Below are positions 51,383-63,543 of a DNA stretch of 64,000 bases, one piece after another. Every line of letters starts with the position of its first letter. Position 1 is the stretch's first letter. The DNA is from Botryllus schlosseri. Lineage: Eukaryota. The position numbers and the translations under genes were made by a program. The notes under the pieces were generated by a model that was not told the origin of the DNA, did not search any database, and worked only from the letters and a program-made list of their open reading frames with translations. Location of the stretch: NCBI GenBank assembly GCA_051294905.1, contig CM119371.1:15068001-15132000 (forward strand). Direction: 5' to 3'.

Positions 51383-54065
51383 TGTGTACATTAGGGTTGT
51401 TCAGAATTGACCGACTTTCAAAAAGTCTAGGTTTTCAGTCCGATTCCCATGCCTTATACCTTAAAAACAAATTCTGGCAACTTTTTTTTGTAATTCATCC
51501 CCTGCATCCGCGAGCACATTGCCGTTTTCTCATGCACCTAAAAATTTCTTCGGAATTAGGGGATTCCCCCGTTGTCAGTGACTCAATAGTAATGGCGTGT
51601 GTTCTCATTGACATGACGCGTATGTTCCAGCGCTGATGAAGCGCTGAGCACGGCTGTGAAACGGGGATCATTGATTAGTCAGGTGCCTTGCTGCTTTGTT
51701 GTTGATGGACTGTGTTTACGATTGAGGTGCAGGACTTATCAGGCGGCGTTTTGACTCATGCTATTAGCGAGTTTAGCGCGTGAATAGTGAACGTAGTATT
51801 ATAGCAGTATACAACTATTTGATATAATAGACCTGATACTCTTTTCCTTTCTACTGGGATAGAAACAAAGCTTGCAATGCCTATTCCAGTGACTGGGGAA
51901 AACCGCCAGTCGGTTGCTCTAAATTTTTTGTTATATCCCAAGATATCAATATACTGGTATGAGTTTTTCCAATTTAGGAATAACTATCTCCGATAATCTA
52001 CAACTGGATCTCATCTGGCTACTCCTGCACAAGTTATGCAGTATGTGTTCGACCTAAAACTCTAAAAGAACTGAAATGTTTTCCACTATTCTTTGTTGCT
52101 GGACTGAGTTTATGTATTTCTGTTTTTCTAGGATTAGCTGTAGTGCGAAATGTCTGAAAAAAAAAGAAAATCGTCATCTAGTGCAGCAGTACCGAATAAA
52201 ACTAGAAGAACACGATCGCAGACACAGCATTTCTTAGTTGGGCCATCTGAGGAAGCCATTACGGGATCGAAGTTGCCCACTCTGAGGCAAGTTATGCAAT
52301 ATGTGCTACACCTGAGAGAGCATTCATTTTTAAAAAATGTACCAGTCAAGTCGCACATCCAGATCGCAGTAGATGAAGTGATCGGTTTTTGGTTACTTGC
52401 TGGCATGAAGACTATCACAAAAGTCAATGCCACTAAAAGATTGGAAACAGTATGGACACAATGGCTGTCACTAAAAAAAACTGCAGGCCGGCAATATGTA
52501 TCAAAAAAACAAAGCGACTTTGAAGCCAAACTGAGTAAGCTATGGGATATAGGAGCCCCCGACGCAATAGCGACAATTGAAGCAAGTAGACTTCTTTCTG
52601 ACGATAAAAAACGTGAAGACATAGCATTTTATCAGGATCAAAGGGGTCCGAGATTAGCAACGATCGGTGGCAAAGATAAAGTGTTGAAAGCGAAAATCAT
52701 GCAACAAAAGAGACGGACCATGAGTGCAAGAGAGTCTGCACCAGCATCAAGTAGCGAAGGTGAATTTACAGAAAGCTCATCTATATCATCACAGGTAGCT
52801 GATACTTCTCACAGCACTGATTTTGAACTTGCACAGTCGACATCTGGTCATTCCGCTAAATTTGTGACTCTAAAAGCTCCTGTAAACCTATTCAGCGACG
52901 AAGACCTATGCCAGGTTTTTGATCGCTTGAAAGTCAGTGATAATGCCGCTACCATGATAACTGCAGCACTGATTAAAGCTTGCGATGGCAACCCTAATGA
53001 CTTCCATCTTTCAAGATCTGGGACCTATCGACGACGCATTGCAAATCGTTTGAAAATTTCCGAATCTATCTTTGAAAAAATATCCACCAATCCACCAGAG
53101 CACATTGCATTGCACTGGGATGGAAAGCTCACTAAGAGTCGTCTAGGATATCAATTTGAGGCCTTGGCAGTGCTCGCATCGTCTGCGTATTCCGGCGCAT
53201 TTAAGAAAGGGAAACTTCTTGGCATTCAAACTCTGGAGAGTGCTACAGGAAAAGCACAAGCTGATGCATCATTTGAACTGCTGGAACTTTGGAATTTAAC
53301 AAAATCTGTTAGAGCTCTTGTGTTTGACACAACATCCTCAAACACTGGTAAAAACAAAGGTGCGGTTCCGTTACTTGAACAATTGATTAACAGGAAAGTT
53401 TTCTACAATGCCTGTCGCCATCATATTTATGAACTGGTTATTCGAGAGGTTTGGAAGTGTTTGTTTGGATCGACAACCACAGGCCCTGAAAACACGGATT
53501 TTAATACCTTCAAGAAGAAGTGGAAACATATTGATAAATCAAGAAGCTATAAAACGCTGAAGTTTATTGAAGGCAGCTGGTTGGGGATGAAAGCTGATGA
53601 AGCAAAGCAAGAAATAATTCCACTGATGAAACCCAATGATGGAAAGCAGAAAGAAGTCTTGATAAGAGATGACTACAGAGAATGTGCAACAGGCACCTTG
53701 GCGATTTTGGATGACAAATATGTTGATCATCGTTTTCGCAAGCCTGGTGCTACTCATAGCGCTAGATGGATGGGTCAAGTCCTGTACTGTCAAAAAATGT
53801 TCATGTGGAGTGAGCAAATGGACTATTCTGAAGAGTTCATTGAAAAGTTGGAACGAATCAATACATTCATTGCTTTGTTTTATGTTCCAGCTTGGTTGAA
53901 AACTGGTATTGCATGTGACGCACCTTGGAATGATCTCAAATTCCTTCATGACATGAAAAACTTTTCATTATGCGATCTCGCTGTTGCTGATGTGGCATAC
54001 AAGAAATTGCGAAAACATCATTGGTATCTAACTGAGGAAATGGTGGTGTTTACCATGTTCTCGGC

Positions 54066-56257
54066 GGTCCGTGGACATATTAGCATGCGACACAATAGCA
54101 AGCGACACTTGAGCATGCGACACTTGAGCATAGCGACTTTTGGTCATGGCGACTCGTGGGCATGTAGACATATCAGCACAGGGACATATTAACATGAGGA
54201 CATATTAGCATGGGGACACATAAGTATAGGGACACACGAGCATGGATACACGTGAGCATAGGGACACGTCAACATGGTGACAATTTAATAAGTGCCACTT
54301 GAGCATGGTGACACATGAGCATGCGATACATGAGCCTTGACGACACATGAGCATGGGTACACAAGAGCATGGGCACACATGCGCATATGGACACATGGGC
54401 ATGGGGACATAAGAGCAAATGTGCACATGAGCATGGGGTCATGTACGCATGCGACACTTGAGCATGCGACACGTCTACATGCAGACACTTGAGCATGCGA
54501 CACGTGGATATGCAGACACTTGAGCATGCGACACTTGGGCATGCGACATTTGGGCATGCGACACTTGAGCATGCGACACTTGAGCATGTGACACTTGAGC
54601 ATGCGACACTTGAGCATGAGACACTTGAGCATGCGACATTTGAGCATGTGACATTTGAGCATGTGGGCATGCTACACTTGAGCATGCGACACTTGAGCAT
54701 GCGACACTTGGGCATGCGACACTCGAGCATGCGACTTTTGAGCATGCGACACTTAAGCATGTGACCGTATAGATTTGTCTGAAAAGCTCCAAATATCACG
54801 GTAAAGCGATAAAGGTTGTCATTGCTCCACATATATTGGAATCGTTTACACGTATCAGACGAACTAAAAGAATATATCCTTTTGTGAGACGAAAGCGATT
54901 GCAAATTCGCATTTCGACACGGGACTTGTTATATTATTTTAGTTTTACGTGCCGTGGGTGGGTAGGGGGGACATTAGGGTTGGAGGTGGGTTAGGGTTAT
55001 GATTAGGGTTAGGTTAGGGTTAAGATTAGGGTTTGCTTGGGGTTAGGATTAGGGTTAGGTTAGGTTAGGGTTATGATTAGGGTCCATATTGGAGTTAAGG
55101 TTTCCCAAGATTAGGGTTGGGGGAATGGATATTAGGGTTGGTTACGGTTAGAGTCAAGGTATCCCAAGATTAGGGTTCGGGGGTGATGAGTATTAGGGTT
55201 GGGAGGGGGATATTAGGGTTGGTTAAGGTTAGGGTTAGGGTTAAGGTATCCCAACATTAGGGTTGGGGGTGATGAGTATTGAGTATTAGGGTTGGGAGGG
55301 GGGATATTAGGGCTGGTTAGGGTTAGGGTTAAGGTGTTAAGGTATCCCAAGATTAGGGTTAGAGTTAGGGTTAGGATTAGGCTTTGCGTTAGGGTTACGG
55401 TATCCCAAGATTAGGGTTGAGGTGATGGGTATCAAAGTTGGGAGGGGGGATATTAGGGTTGGAGGAGGGGAGATATATCATTTTCGGACTGGTATAAATC
55501 CATGATTTTGACGCTAGTTAACTACACACTAAGAAATGACAAATGCTTAAGTGTCGCATGCTCAAGTGTCGCATGCCCAAGTGTCGCATGCTCAAGTGTC
55601 GCATGCCCAAGTGTCGCATGCTCAAGTGTCGCATGCTCAAGTGTCTCATGCTCTAGTGTCGCATGCTCTAGTGTCGCATGCTCAAGTGTCGCATGCTCAA
55701 GTGTCTCATGCTCAAGTGTCGCATGCTCAAGTGTCTCATGCTCAAGTGTCGCATGCTCAAGTGTCGCATGCTCAAGTGTCGCATGCTCAAGTGTCGCATG
55801 CTCAAGTGTCGCATGCTCAAGTGTCGCATGCTCAAGTGTCGCATGCTCAAGTGTCGCATGCTCAAGTGTCGCATGCGCAAGTGTCCCCATGCTCATTTGT
55901 CACCATGCTAACATGTCACCATGCTCATATATCACCATGCACAAGTGTCAACATGCTGAAGTGTCCCAATGGTTATGTGCCCCCATGCTCACTTGGTACC
56001 ATGCCCATGTGTAACCATGTTGATTAGTCCCCGTGCTAATGTGTAACCATGCTCAAGTGTCGCATGCTAATATGTTTCCATGCCCATGTGTCCCCTTGCT
56101 CATGTTTCACCATGCTGATATGTCCCCATGCGCATGTGTCCCCATGCTCATGTGTCCCTATGCTCATGTGTTACCATGCTAATGTGTCCTCATGCTATAG
56201 CGTCGCATGCTAAACTGTCGTTTTTCATTGTGTCGCATGCTCATATGTCGGGCAACC
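54066..56257. mobile_element. Foldback-type (MuDR-like) non-autonomous element with 15-bp tandem-repeat inverted arms
   Basis: 9-bp TSD GTTCTCGGC (54057-54065, 56258-56266); ends GGT...ACC with shared GACATAT(T/G)AGCATGCGACACAAT; left arm (GACACTTGAGCATGC)n ~54066-54765; right arm is its reverse complement ~55544-56257. Confidence 0.88.
54956..55471 (+). repeat. Telomere-like (TTAGGG/TTAGG)-rich interstitial tract
   Basis: Many TTAGGG units and G-runs interleaved with GGTATCCCAAGA and GGGGGATA spacers; strong G/T strand bias. Confidence 0.9.
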
Positions 56258-57941
56258 GTTCTCGGCTAATCCAAAGATTCCTGACAAACTGAAGGAAGCG
56301 ATGGCTGCTAAATTGCTGAAAATGCCAATCCCTGAACAATTTCGCAGAGGTATGCCTCTCAGTCTGATCTCTGACTCTGTCTCTGAGTCAACGAGTATGG
56401 TCGATTTGATTGGGCCAGAATCGTGGTTTCTATTTGATGCTATACATGTGGAACATGATTGGTTGAGTCTTCCAGTTTCGGAATGGCATACTGATCCGGA
56501 TTTCGTGACTGCTCAAGAATTTGTGAATACTGTTGAAGTAGTTAATGATGCAGCAGAGCGTATGGTAAAATTGAATACCGACTATGCTGCGTTCATAACG
56601 GATGACGAAAAACAGCGAGCGAGCCTCCTACAAGCTGTGGAAGATCACCGGAACAGATATGCAGATTTCTCGAAAGCAACCATATCATCCACCTGATTTA
56701 TGTAATATTTTGCCAAGTTGATCTCTTTCTTTGCCTTAGTTTTTCGTTTCCTGTGATGTGTTTGCCTTAGTTTTTCGTTTCCTGTGATGTGGCTGTGAGT
56801 GGATGTTACATTTACAGTTGTATTCTTGCACATGGGGATCCAGGAAATTGATGAACAGTGCCGGGTAGGTTTGAGGGGTGTAGGATATGTGATCCAACAA
56901 AATGACTATCAGTTTTAGGTAGTTTTGAGCAGTTCTAAGGCAGTGTGGGACATGGAAATGATATCCTGAACTAGGAATGCCTTATATAGTGGGGTTTTGT
57001 AGCACTCCAAACCGCAACAGCTGCATAAATCCATGTTATATGTCACTTTAACTAGGCTAGGTAAAATCGTGACACTCAGATTTTAGGGGAATCCCCTATT
57101 TTCAGCTGCTATTCTTCCAGCTCAATGTGCACACGGATGCAGGGGACGAGTTATAAAAAAAAGTAGCCAGAATATGTTTTTAAGGTATAAGGCATGGGAA
57201 TCGGACTGAAAACCTGGACTTTTCGAAAGACGGCCAATTCTGAACAACCCTAGTGTACATGTAACAAATTCATTGTAAAAGCCCTGTTCATGGACACATC
57301 GTCAGGAGTTCAACAGAAAACATGATCACAGAGTCCAAATTTATTGAGAATTCATTAAAATTGCTGGAAGAAGGTGCTAGGTAAAGACTGTGCTAAGAAA
57401 CGTCATAAAAAAATATTTCAAACAGCAATGTTTCCATCACATTCTGAAAGCAATTTCTAGATCATTCTTAACAATCCACTACACCCCATACAAAAGTGAT
57501 ATGGTAGATGCTGGAAGTCGTCAAATGAAGTACTTAATATTTTCGAAGTACTCAAGTAGGTTCTCTCAAATTGCACTACTCATTTAAGCAATAAGACTAC
57601 TTCTACTTTACTATTTGTGGGGTAAAACTACTTCACTTGTACATCATGAAATATTTCAGCTAGTTTTGTGGTGAGTTTGCAACGCTTCTGTGAGTGTGAT
57701 TATCTTAGGCCTAGAAGTAGCCCGTGTTATCGTAGCTAAATCTTCATCAATTTTTAGTGTCATCAGTCATTTTAAGCAGTCGAAGATACATTTAAAAATG
57801 ACAACCCATCTCGACTTAATGTACCTTTTCAAGTTTATTTGAATAATCGTAGTGCTAAGATGTCGAAAATGGACAGAGTGTAAATTTGTGGTGTGATCTC
57901 TAATGGACCAGTAACGCGGACAACTTTTACCAGCTCGGTGA

Positions 57942-59567
57942 CTACACCTTAACCATTACGGTTCCGCATACACAAAATGACGGACCTGCATTCAAACGAA
58001 TGTCATACCATTCCTTCTTCGATAAATCATACTTCTCAATATTATCTGAAAGGCCACACTCATCTACTGCATAAATCCAGTTGCCAATTAGATATGTAGT
58101 AGTCCAACCACGACAACGAATCATCGGTGGCAACGAAGTCCACTGTGCTGAAAGGACATCGTAACATTCAACAGAATTAATAGCGTCTCCTTCACTCCAA
58201 CCACCGCTCACAAATATTCTTTGATCAACTGCAACAACACCACAGTCATCAAGCGGATATCTCATTGGCTCAAGGTCAACCCACACTGATGACGATGGAC
58301 TGAATCTGCAGAATGAAGAAACAAAATTGCCATCCTCCCCTTTACCTCCGATACAGTAGATGTAATCGTTCAATGATACGAGACCTGCATCAGAAATCAC
58401 TGTAGGTTTGTTCTCCAGTTGGAACCATTGATTTACAGATGCGTCGAATCTTTCCACGTCCCTGGTTGTCGTAAGATAACTGCCACCGATGACGAATATG
58501 TATCCGGAAGAACAAACAGAGTGAGGAAAGATACCATGGTCACAAATCATACTGTCGGTCTTTTCCCATTTTGAATTTTTGCAATGAAAGTTGAGTCGAA
58601 AAACAGATTTAGTCTCGCATAGAACGTAAATATACGAGTCGAAGGTAATTGCAGCGAAATTCAACGAGGACTGAAACTTCGCTTCATGGAACATTTCTAT
58701 TTGCTCGGTTACTGGATTGAAGGATCGGAGGCATTCTCCTTCCCGATCAAAAAGAATAATCAATTCACCAGCAGCATTTTCTTCTTTTGCCTTGTTAGAA
58801 GTATTCAAAATATATCCAGAAATTGACTTGTACAATTCATAATCTTTGCTTATAAGGGGTTGAGTTTGTAAAACATGCTGCAAATACGCCGGAGAGATTT
58901 TATCAAAGTGGATCACTTTGAGACCTTCGTGCAAATATTCCTCTTTACTGTGGCATTTGTCGATCCACTTGAGTAATAACATAAGTTTTTCTTCTTCCCA
59001 TAATTTGGATTTTCCAGACTTCAAAATACAGAGAAGTTCAGCTTTTTCCACGCTCCCGAATCCAGCTTGGTTTGAGATTTCCATGATATTTTCTTGTAAA
59101 AATTCTCTGCAATCTGAAGACACACCTACCAGTCCATAAATATCACCAATATTTCTTGTAGAGAAGTAATTCTCTGTGGTAATTGATTCAGTCAAAATAT
59201 CGGATATCGCATCCTTTACATCTTCTAACTGCATCATAATTGCGACGTGAAGAAGTTCGAACATTTTGCCATCAGGAATCTCAAATTTGCTTGAATATAT
59301 GAAATTGATGCAACTTTTCACACACTCGGAATCTACATCTTCTAATACAGCTCTTCCTTGGCGACTCTCTTTTGTATCATGCTTCAGCATAGCTCTGAAA
59401 TAATCCGAACCTGCTGACAATATATTTCTGTGAGTGTGATAGATATCATTCCCGACTTGAACTATGAAATCACAATGATCTTGATCTTGCTTCATTCGAT
59501 ATAATTCCTCCATCATCTTCACTGCACGTTTCTCTGCACGTTTAATAGCAACCTGCACCATGATCAT
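57942..59567 (-). CDS. BTB-BACK-Kelch protein, subfamily B (B3), 541 aa from first ATG
   Basis: BTB HCDF...THRNILSAGSDYFRAML, BACK and canonical Kelch repeats; uninterrupted ORF; ATG at 59567 or 59561. Confidence 0.94.
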   Translation of the reverse strand: MIMVQVAIKRAEKRAVKMMEELYRMKQDQDHCDFIVQVGNDIYHTHRNILSAGSDYFRAMLKHDTKESRQGRAVLEDVDSECVKSCINFIYSSKFEIPDGKMFELLHVAIMMQLEDVKDAISDILTESITTENYFSTRNIGDIYGLVGVSSDCREFLQENIMEISNQAGFGSVEKAELLCILKSGKSKLWEEEKLMLLLKWIDKCHSKEEYLHEGLKVIHFDKISPAYLQHVLQTQPLISKDYELYKSISGYILNTSNKAKEENAAGELIILFDREGECLRSFNPVTEQIEMFHEAKFQSSLNFAAITFDSYIYVLCETKSVFRLNFHCKNSKWEKTDSMICDHGIFPHSVCSSGYIFVIGGSYLTTTRDVERFDASVNQWFQLENKPTVISDAGLVSLNDYIYCIGGKGEDGNFVSSFCRFSPSSSVWVDLEPMRYPLDDCGVVAVDQRIFVSGGWSEGDAINSVECYDVLSAQWTSLPPMIRCRGWTTTYLIGNWIYAVDECGLSDNIEKYDLSKKEWYDIRLNAGPSFCVCGTVMVKV

Positions 59568-60157
59568 CACCAACCAGTCTTCAAGGATGAATAATAGTAC
59601 TATCTAGGCTACATTAGATATAGCCTACCATGCTGCAAAAGTAAATATAGCCGATATTGAATCACTAGGAGTAAAAATACAGACATAATTTTATCACTAG
59701 AATACCAGCATTGACAAAATGTAGATAACCAATTGCATTAACATTGATTGATAATTTCACGAACATGGCAGGTTGGTAGTTTGAATGAAACCGAATGTGT
59801 GTTAAATCACAATAATATTCCAATTCAATTTATTAGAAACAATTTCATCATTTTAATACACCACGATACTGCGATACAATGAAAAAAAGGATTTTGTCGA
59901 AACGACTTGGAGTAATCTTTGAAATCAGACACCCACCTGTGCTAGGCGATGTAAAAAGGAGGTGTGAACACTGAATGAAAAGTAGATGCAGGTAATAAAA
60001 AAGGAAAGGTAATGACAATCACAATGTGTAACTCGAAACAAGTTTACTTCAGACCCACACTCGATTAAAACGGTACTTTCAAATTTGCCATTACAAATTC
60101 ATAATTTTATCACTCAACTGAGCCCCGGCACACAGTCAACTGTCTTTTACTCGCTAC

Positions 60158-60338
60158 CAATGTTCCCTCTAAGCTGCACAAATGTGAAGTGCTTTCACGG
60201 TCTTTGCGCACAGAAAATCCAAGTTGTGCACAAAAAATCCGAAGTGATGAACTTTTTTTTCGTTACGCACTGTTTTCCAAGGGTCTGCAGTGAGTTGGTG
60301 AGTGTGGGCAGACCCGTCAAAAATTAGAGGGAACATTG
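60158..60338. mobile_element. Small hAT-type MITE
   Basis: TIR CAATGTTCCCTCTAA...TTAGAGGGAACATTG; TSD CTCGCTAC/CTTGCTAC. Confidence 0.85.
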
Positions 60339-60489
60339 CTTGCTACCCAACCATTATTTAACAACAAATATATATGTAAGATCACTTTGATGTTGCAGCA
60401 CAGCAGAAACTTACTCGAATCTCGAGAATGCATGCTTAAACATGATTCAGAGAGGTTTTCAGTCAACACTAGAATATCACATATTCTCG

Positions 60490-62015
60490 AGAGCATTCAT
60501 AGATGGTAATGAAGTCCACTGAGCTGATGTGACATCGTAACATTGTTGATGAGCTCCTTTCCACTATGACCGCCCGTCACAAATATCTTTCGATCAACTG
60601 CAACGACACCACTATCACACACAGGATATCTCATCGGTTCAGGGTCAACCCACTCTGATGAGGATGGAGTGAATCTGCAGAATGAAGTAACTTCGACAAC
60701 ATCTCGTCATTCTCGCCAACCTCCAAAACAATACTCAGAATCATTTAACGGTACAAAACTTGCGTCAAAATTGTTATAGGTGAATATACCAGTTGACGCC
60801 ATCGATTTACCGAGGGGTCAAATCTTTCCACATCATATTTTTCTCTAATAAAAATTCCTCCAATAACGAATATTGATCCAGACAGAGATACTGAGCGAGG
60901 ATATAGTCCATGGTCAAATCTTTCCACATCATATTTTTCTCTAATAAAACTTCCTCCAATAACGAATATTGATCCAGACAGAGATACTGAGCGAGGATAT
61001 AGTCCATGGTCCCAAATCATATCTTCCATACGTTCGTTCCCCTTTGGAATTTTTTCTTCAAAAATTGAGTCGATGAACAGATTTATTCGCACATAAAATG
61101 TAAATATACATATCGAGAGAGATCGTGAAATAAGTCAAATGCTTAAATGTGGCATTGTGGAACTTGATTATTTTCTCCGTAATTCGATTATAGGATCAAA
61201 TACAATCGGTGTACTCATCAAAGAGGATTATCAATTATTTTTGTTGACAAATGCAACTGACACTTCTTGAATATGTTCACGAATGTGCTTGTATGACTTG
61301 GAGTCGTTCCTGATTATGGGATGAGTTTCTAGATGTTGCAAAATGGAAAATTAACTCCGTCAAACTCGATCAATTCGAGACATCAATGCAAATATTCCTT
61401 CTTTTTTCACATGTCTCAATCCGTTTTAACGATAACTGTAGTTTTTTGTCTTCGCATAAGTGTGATTTCTTGGACTTCAAAACACCGATACAGTTTTTAC
61501 AACTGTTTCAAATCCAGCCTTGTTTGCGATTTCCATGATATTATTTTTGTAAAAATAATCTGCATCGTGAAGTGACATCAACCAGTCCATAAATATCATC
61601 AACATGTCTTGTGGAGAAGTAATTCTCAACAGTAATTGATTCCGCCAAAATATCGGATATTGCATCCTTCACATCTTCCAACTGCATCATAATTGCGACG
61701 TGAAGAAGTTCAATGGTTTTTCCATCTGGAATCTCAAATTCATTTGAATAAATGACATTGATGCAATTTTTCACACATTCCCAATCTACATCTTTTAAAA
61801 GGACTCTTCCTTCACGACTCTCTTTTGTGTCATTCTTCAGCATGACTGTAAAATATACGGAACCAGCCGACAATACATTTTTTGTGGGTATGATAGACAT
61901 CATCTCTGACTTGAATTATGAAGTCACCGTGATCGTTATCTTGCTTCACTTGATGCAATTCCGTCATCATACACTTTCCACGCTTTTCTGTATCCATAGA
62001 TAGCATTCGCACCAT
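60490..62015 (-). pseudogene. KLHL subfamily B pseudogene (B4)
   Basis: BTB, BACK and Kelch homology split over several frames (ORFs 61830-62015, 61541-61903, 61477-61665, 60745-61092); 96-bp internal duplication; last blade deleted before the shared 3' flank. Confidence 0.92.
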
Positions 62016-63028
62016 GATCGCTAATCTCTAATTAGGTATATGCTGTACAAAAGAGAATAGCAGATGTAATCTGTACTGACAGTAAACATGAAGGCATCAC
62101 ATACCACTAGTCAGAACAGAGAAAATCAATATGAACTGAATATACTAGCATTCCGATGCACATAGCATATAACGAAGGTGTGAACAAGAAAATAGTCAAA
62201 ATTGACATCAGGGTACTAATCAAAATATCCAGATTGGAAACAAACATCAACTTCAGGCCGCCTGGTGTAAGCAAATGGATACTCTTTCACCAGGTAGCCA
62301 TATGGAAATCTAAAAGTCCTAGCCAATATCTTCGGCTAATTCCAGAGTTTTTACCTGACTCAACGTCAGATCAGCTAGTGTTACCAGATGGGCAATCCTC
62401 TATCCTCTATGAAACAAAGACAAAGAAAGCCTATAGGATTTGAAAGTTGACTTATGGCAACTCCGTTTGCTCTTGTTACCGTGTTAAAGGGCAGGCATGT
62501 TCTTGAGAATCTAAATCTGTCCGACACCTTAGTATCGCAACGATAATCCATTTCACTCATGAGGAACTTATCCAACAATCTGAAAATTCTGTTTCAGATA
62601 ATACATTGGAGAATCGCAATCATACATCGGAACGAATACAAATGAAAAAATAATTTGGACTTGCAAGTCTAGAAAGAGCAACGCAGTGAGACAACACCAT
62701 TAAATTAATGCAAGTCAACGAGTGTAAATGAACGTTCAACATTATCGCAACTCGGATCGGATGCAAAAAAAACAGCTGACAAAGATGAATGACAAATGAC
62801 AGAGTTTATAAAAACAGTCAATCAATAAACTGTAACAAAAAATGAACATCAAAGAGTCATAAAATGTAAATTGCTTCAAGACTTCAGGAGCAAAAGAGAA
62901 TCGGCAGTGGATGCAGACATCTCATCTGCTTTTTGCTCAGATTATTCCAGAAATATTTGAAAGAGCATACGAATTTAGGCTGACATGATTCTAAAAACGT
63001 TGGCTAATCGGCGCAAAGAACATCTAGC

Positions 63029-63180
63029 CAAAGGTGGTCAGTAATGAAGTACTGATAATTTTTTGGAGTACCCGAGTAGGTTTCGCCTATTTACACAACC
63101 TGCTCAGCTGGTTATAGACTTCGTCTACTTGAACAGTTTGCTGGGAAAACTTCTCACTTTTTAAATTTTGGCCACCTTTG
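63029..63180. mobile_element. Short AGTAC-rich hAT-type MITE
   Basis: CAAAGGTGGTCA...TGGCCACCTTTG; same family as 6475-6715. Confidence 0.6.
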
Positions 63181-63543
63181 GCTAGATGCAGCTACAGTTA
63201 TAGGTTGGATATGGGTTAGATTCGGTTGATTCAAATGGAATGCGGCAATATATCACAGGAAAAAATCATTTCCGTCATTCAAACAATTGAAACGATACTC
63301 TTAATGTATCACTACAACAATCTACAATTTTCTCACTAAAATGAGCTGTAATTTGATGGATCTGTCACATAGTCAATGTCGTTTCTGATATGAATACTAA
63401 CCACTTTGCAGTTACAGCATAACCAACTTATCCAAATTTCATGAATGCAGAATGTTCACACATTATTCTCAGAGGTTTTGAGCCCACATTAAAATATCTC
63501 ACGTCCTAAGATTCGAGAGGCCTTCAATTGAAGACACAGTTAT

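Larger units (their letters stand above)
52150..56696 (+). pseudogene. hATm-type transposase interrupted by an insertion (52150-54065 + 56267-56696 = 781 aa)
   Basis: Motifs HWDGK, FDTTSSNTG, CRHH, RDDY, PGATHSARWM, HHWYL, then VVNDAAER in the downstream fragment. Removing 54066-56257 and one TSD restores the frame (...TMFSANPKIPDKLKEAMAAK...) with no stops. Confidence 0.92.
51392..57252 (+). mobile_element. Full-length hATm-clade DNA transposon
   Basis: ~140-bp imperfect TIRs beginning TAGGGTTGTTCAGAATTG; perfect 8-bp TSD GTGTACAT (51384-51391, 57253-57260); encodes a transposase. Confidence 0.93.

Noticed and set aside
54956..55471. True telomere or chromosome fusion scar
   Set aside because: The tract is degenerate, in one orientation only and enclosed by TIRs and a TSD inside a transposase gene.
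54480..55875. CRISPR-like repeat array
   Set aside because: Repeats are contiguous with no unique spacers, no cas genes are present and the context is eukaryotic.
54205..56027. Repetitive ORFs (VSHAQ, HATLE, MLKCR, SSVAC, MRHLS) resembling pentapeptide-repeat proteins
   Set aside because: They are translations of a stop-poor 15-bp tandem repeat in several frames inside the foldback arms.
7000..59139. Short plus-strand ORFs antisense to the KLHL genes, and other 60-130 aa ORFs in repeats
   Set aside because: Shadow ORFs of real CDSs or chance ORFs in TEs; their recurrence reflects duplicated DNA.
63021..63188. Apparently inverted TSD (CATCTAGC...GCTAGATG) around a MITE
   Set aside because: The homologous spacer near 33920-33970 already has GACATCTAG...CTAGATGTC as an inverted repeat, which explains the flanks.
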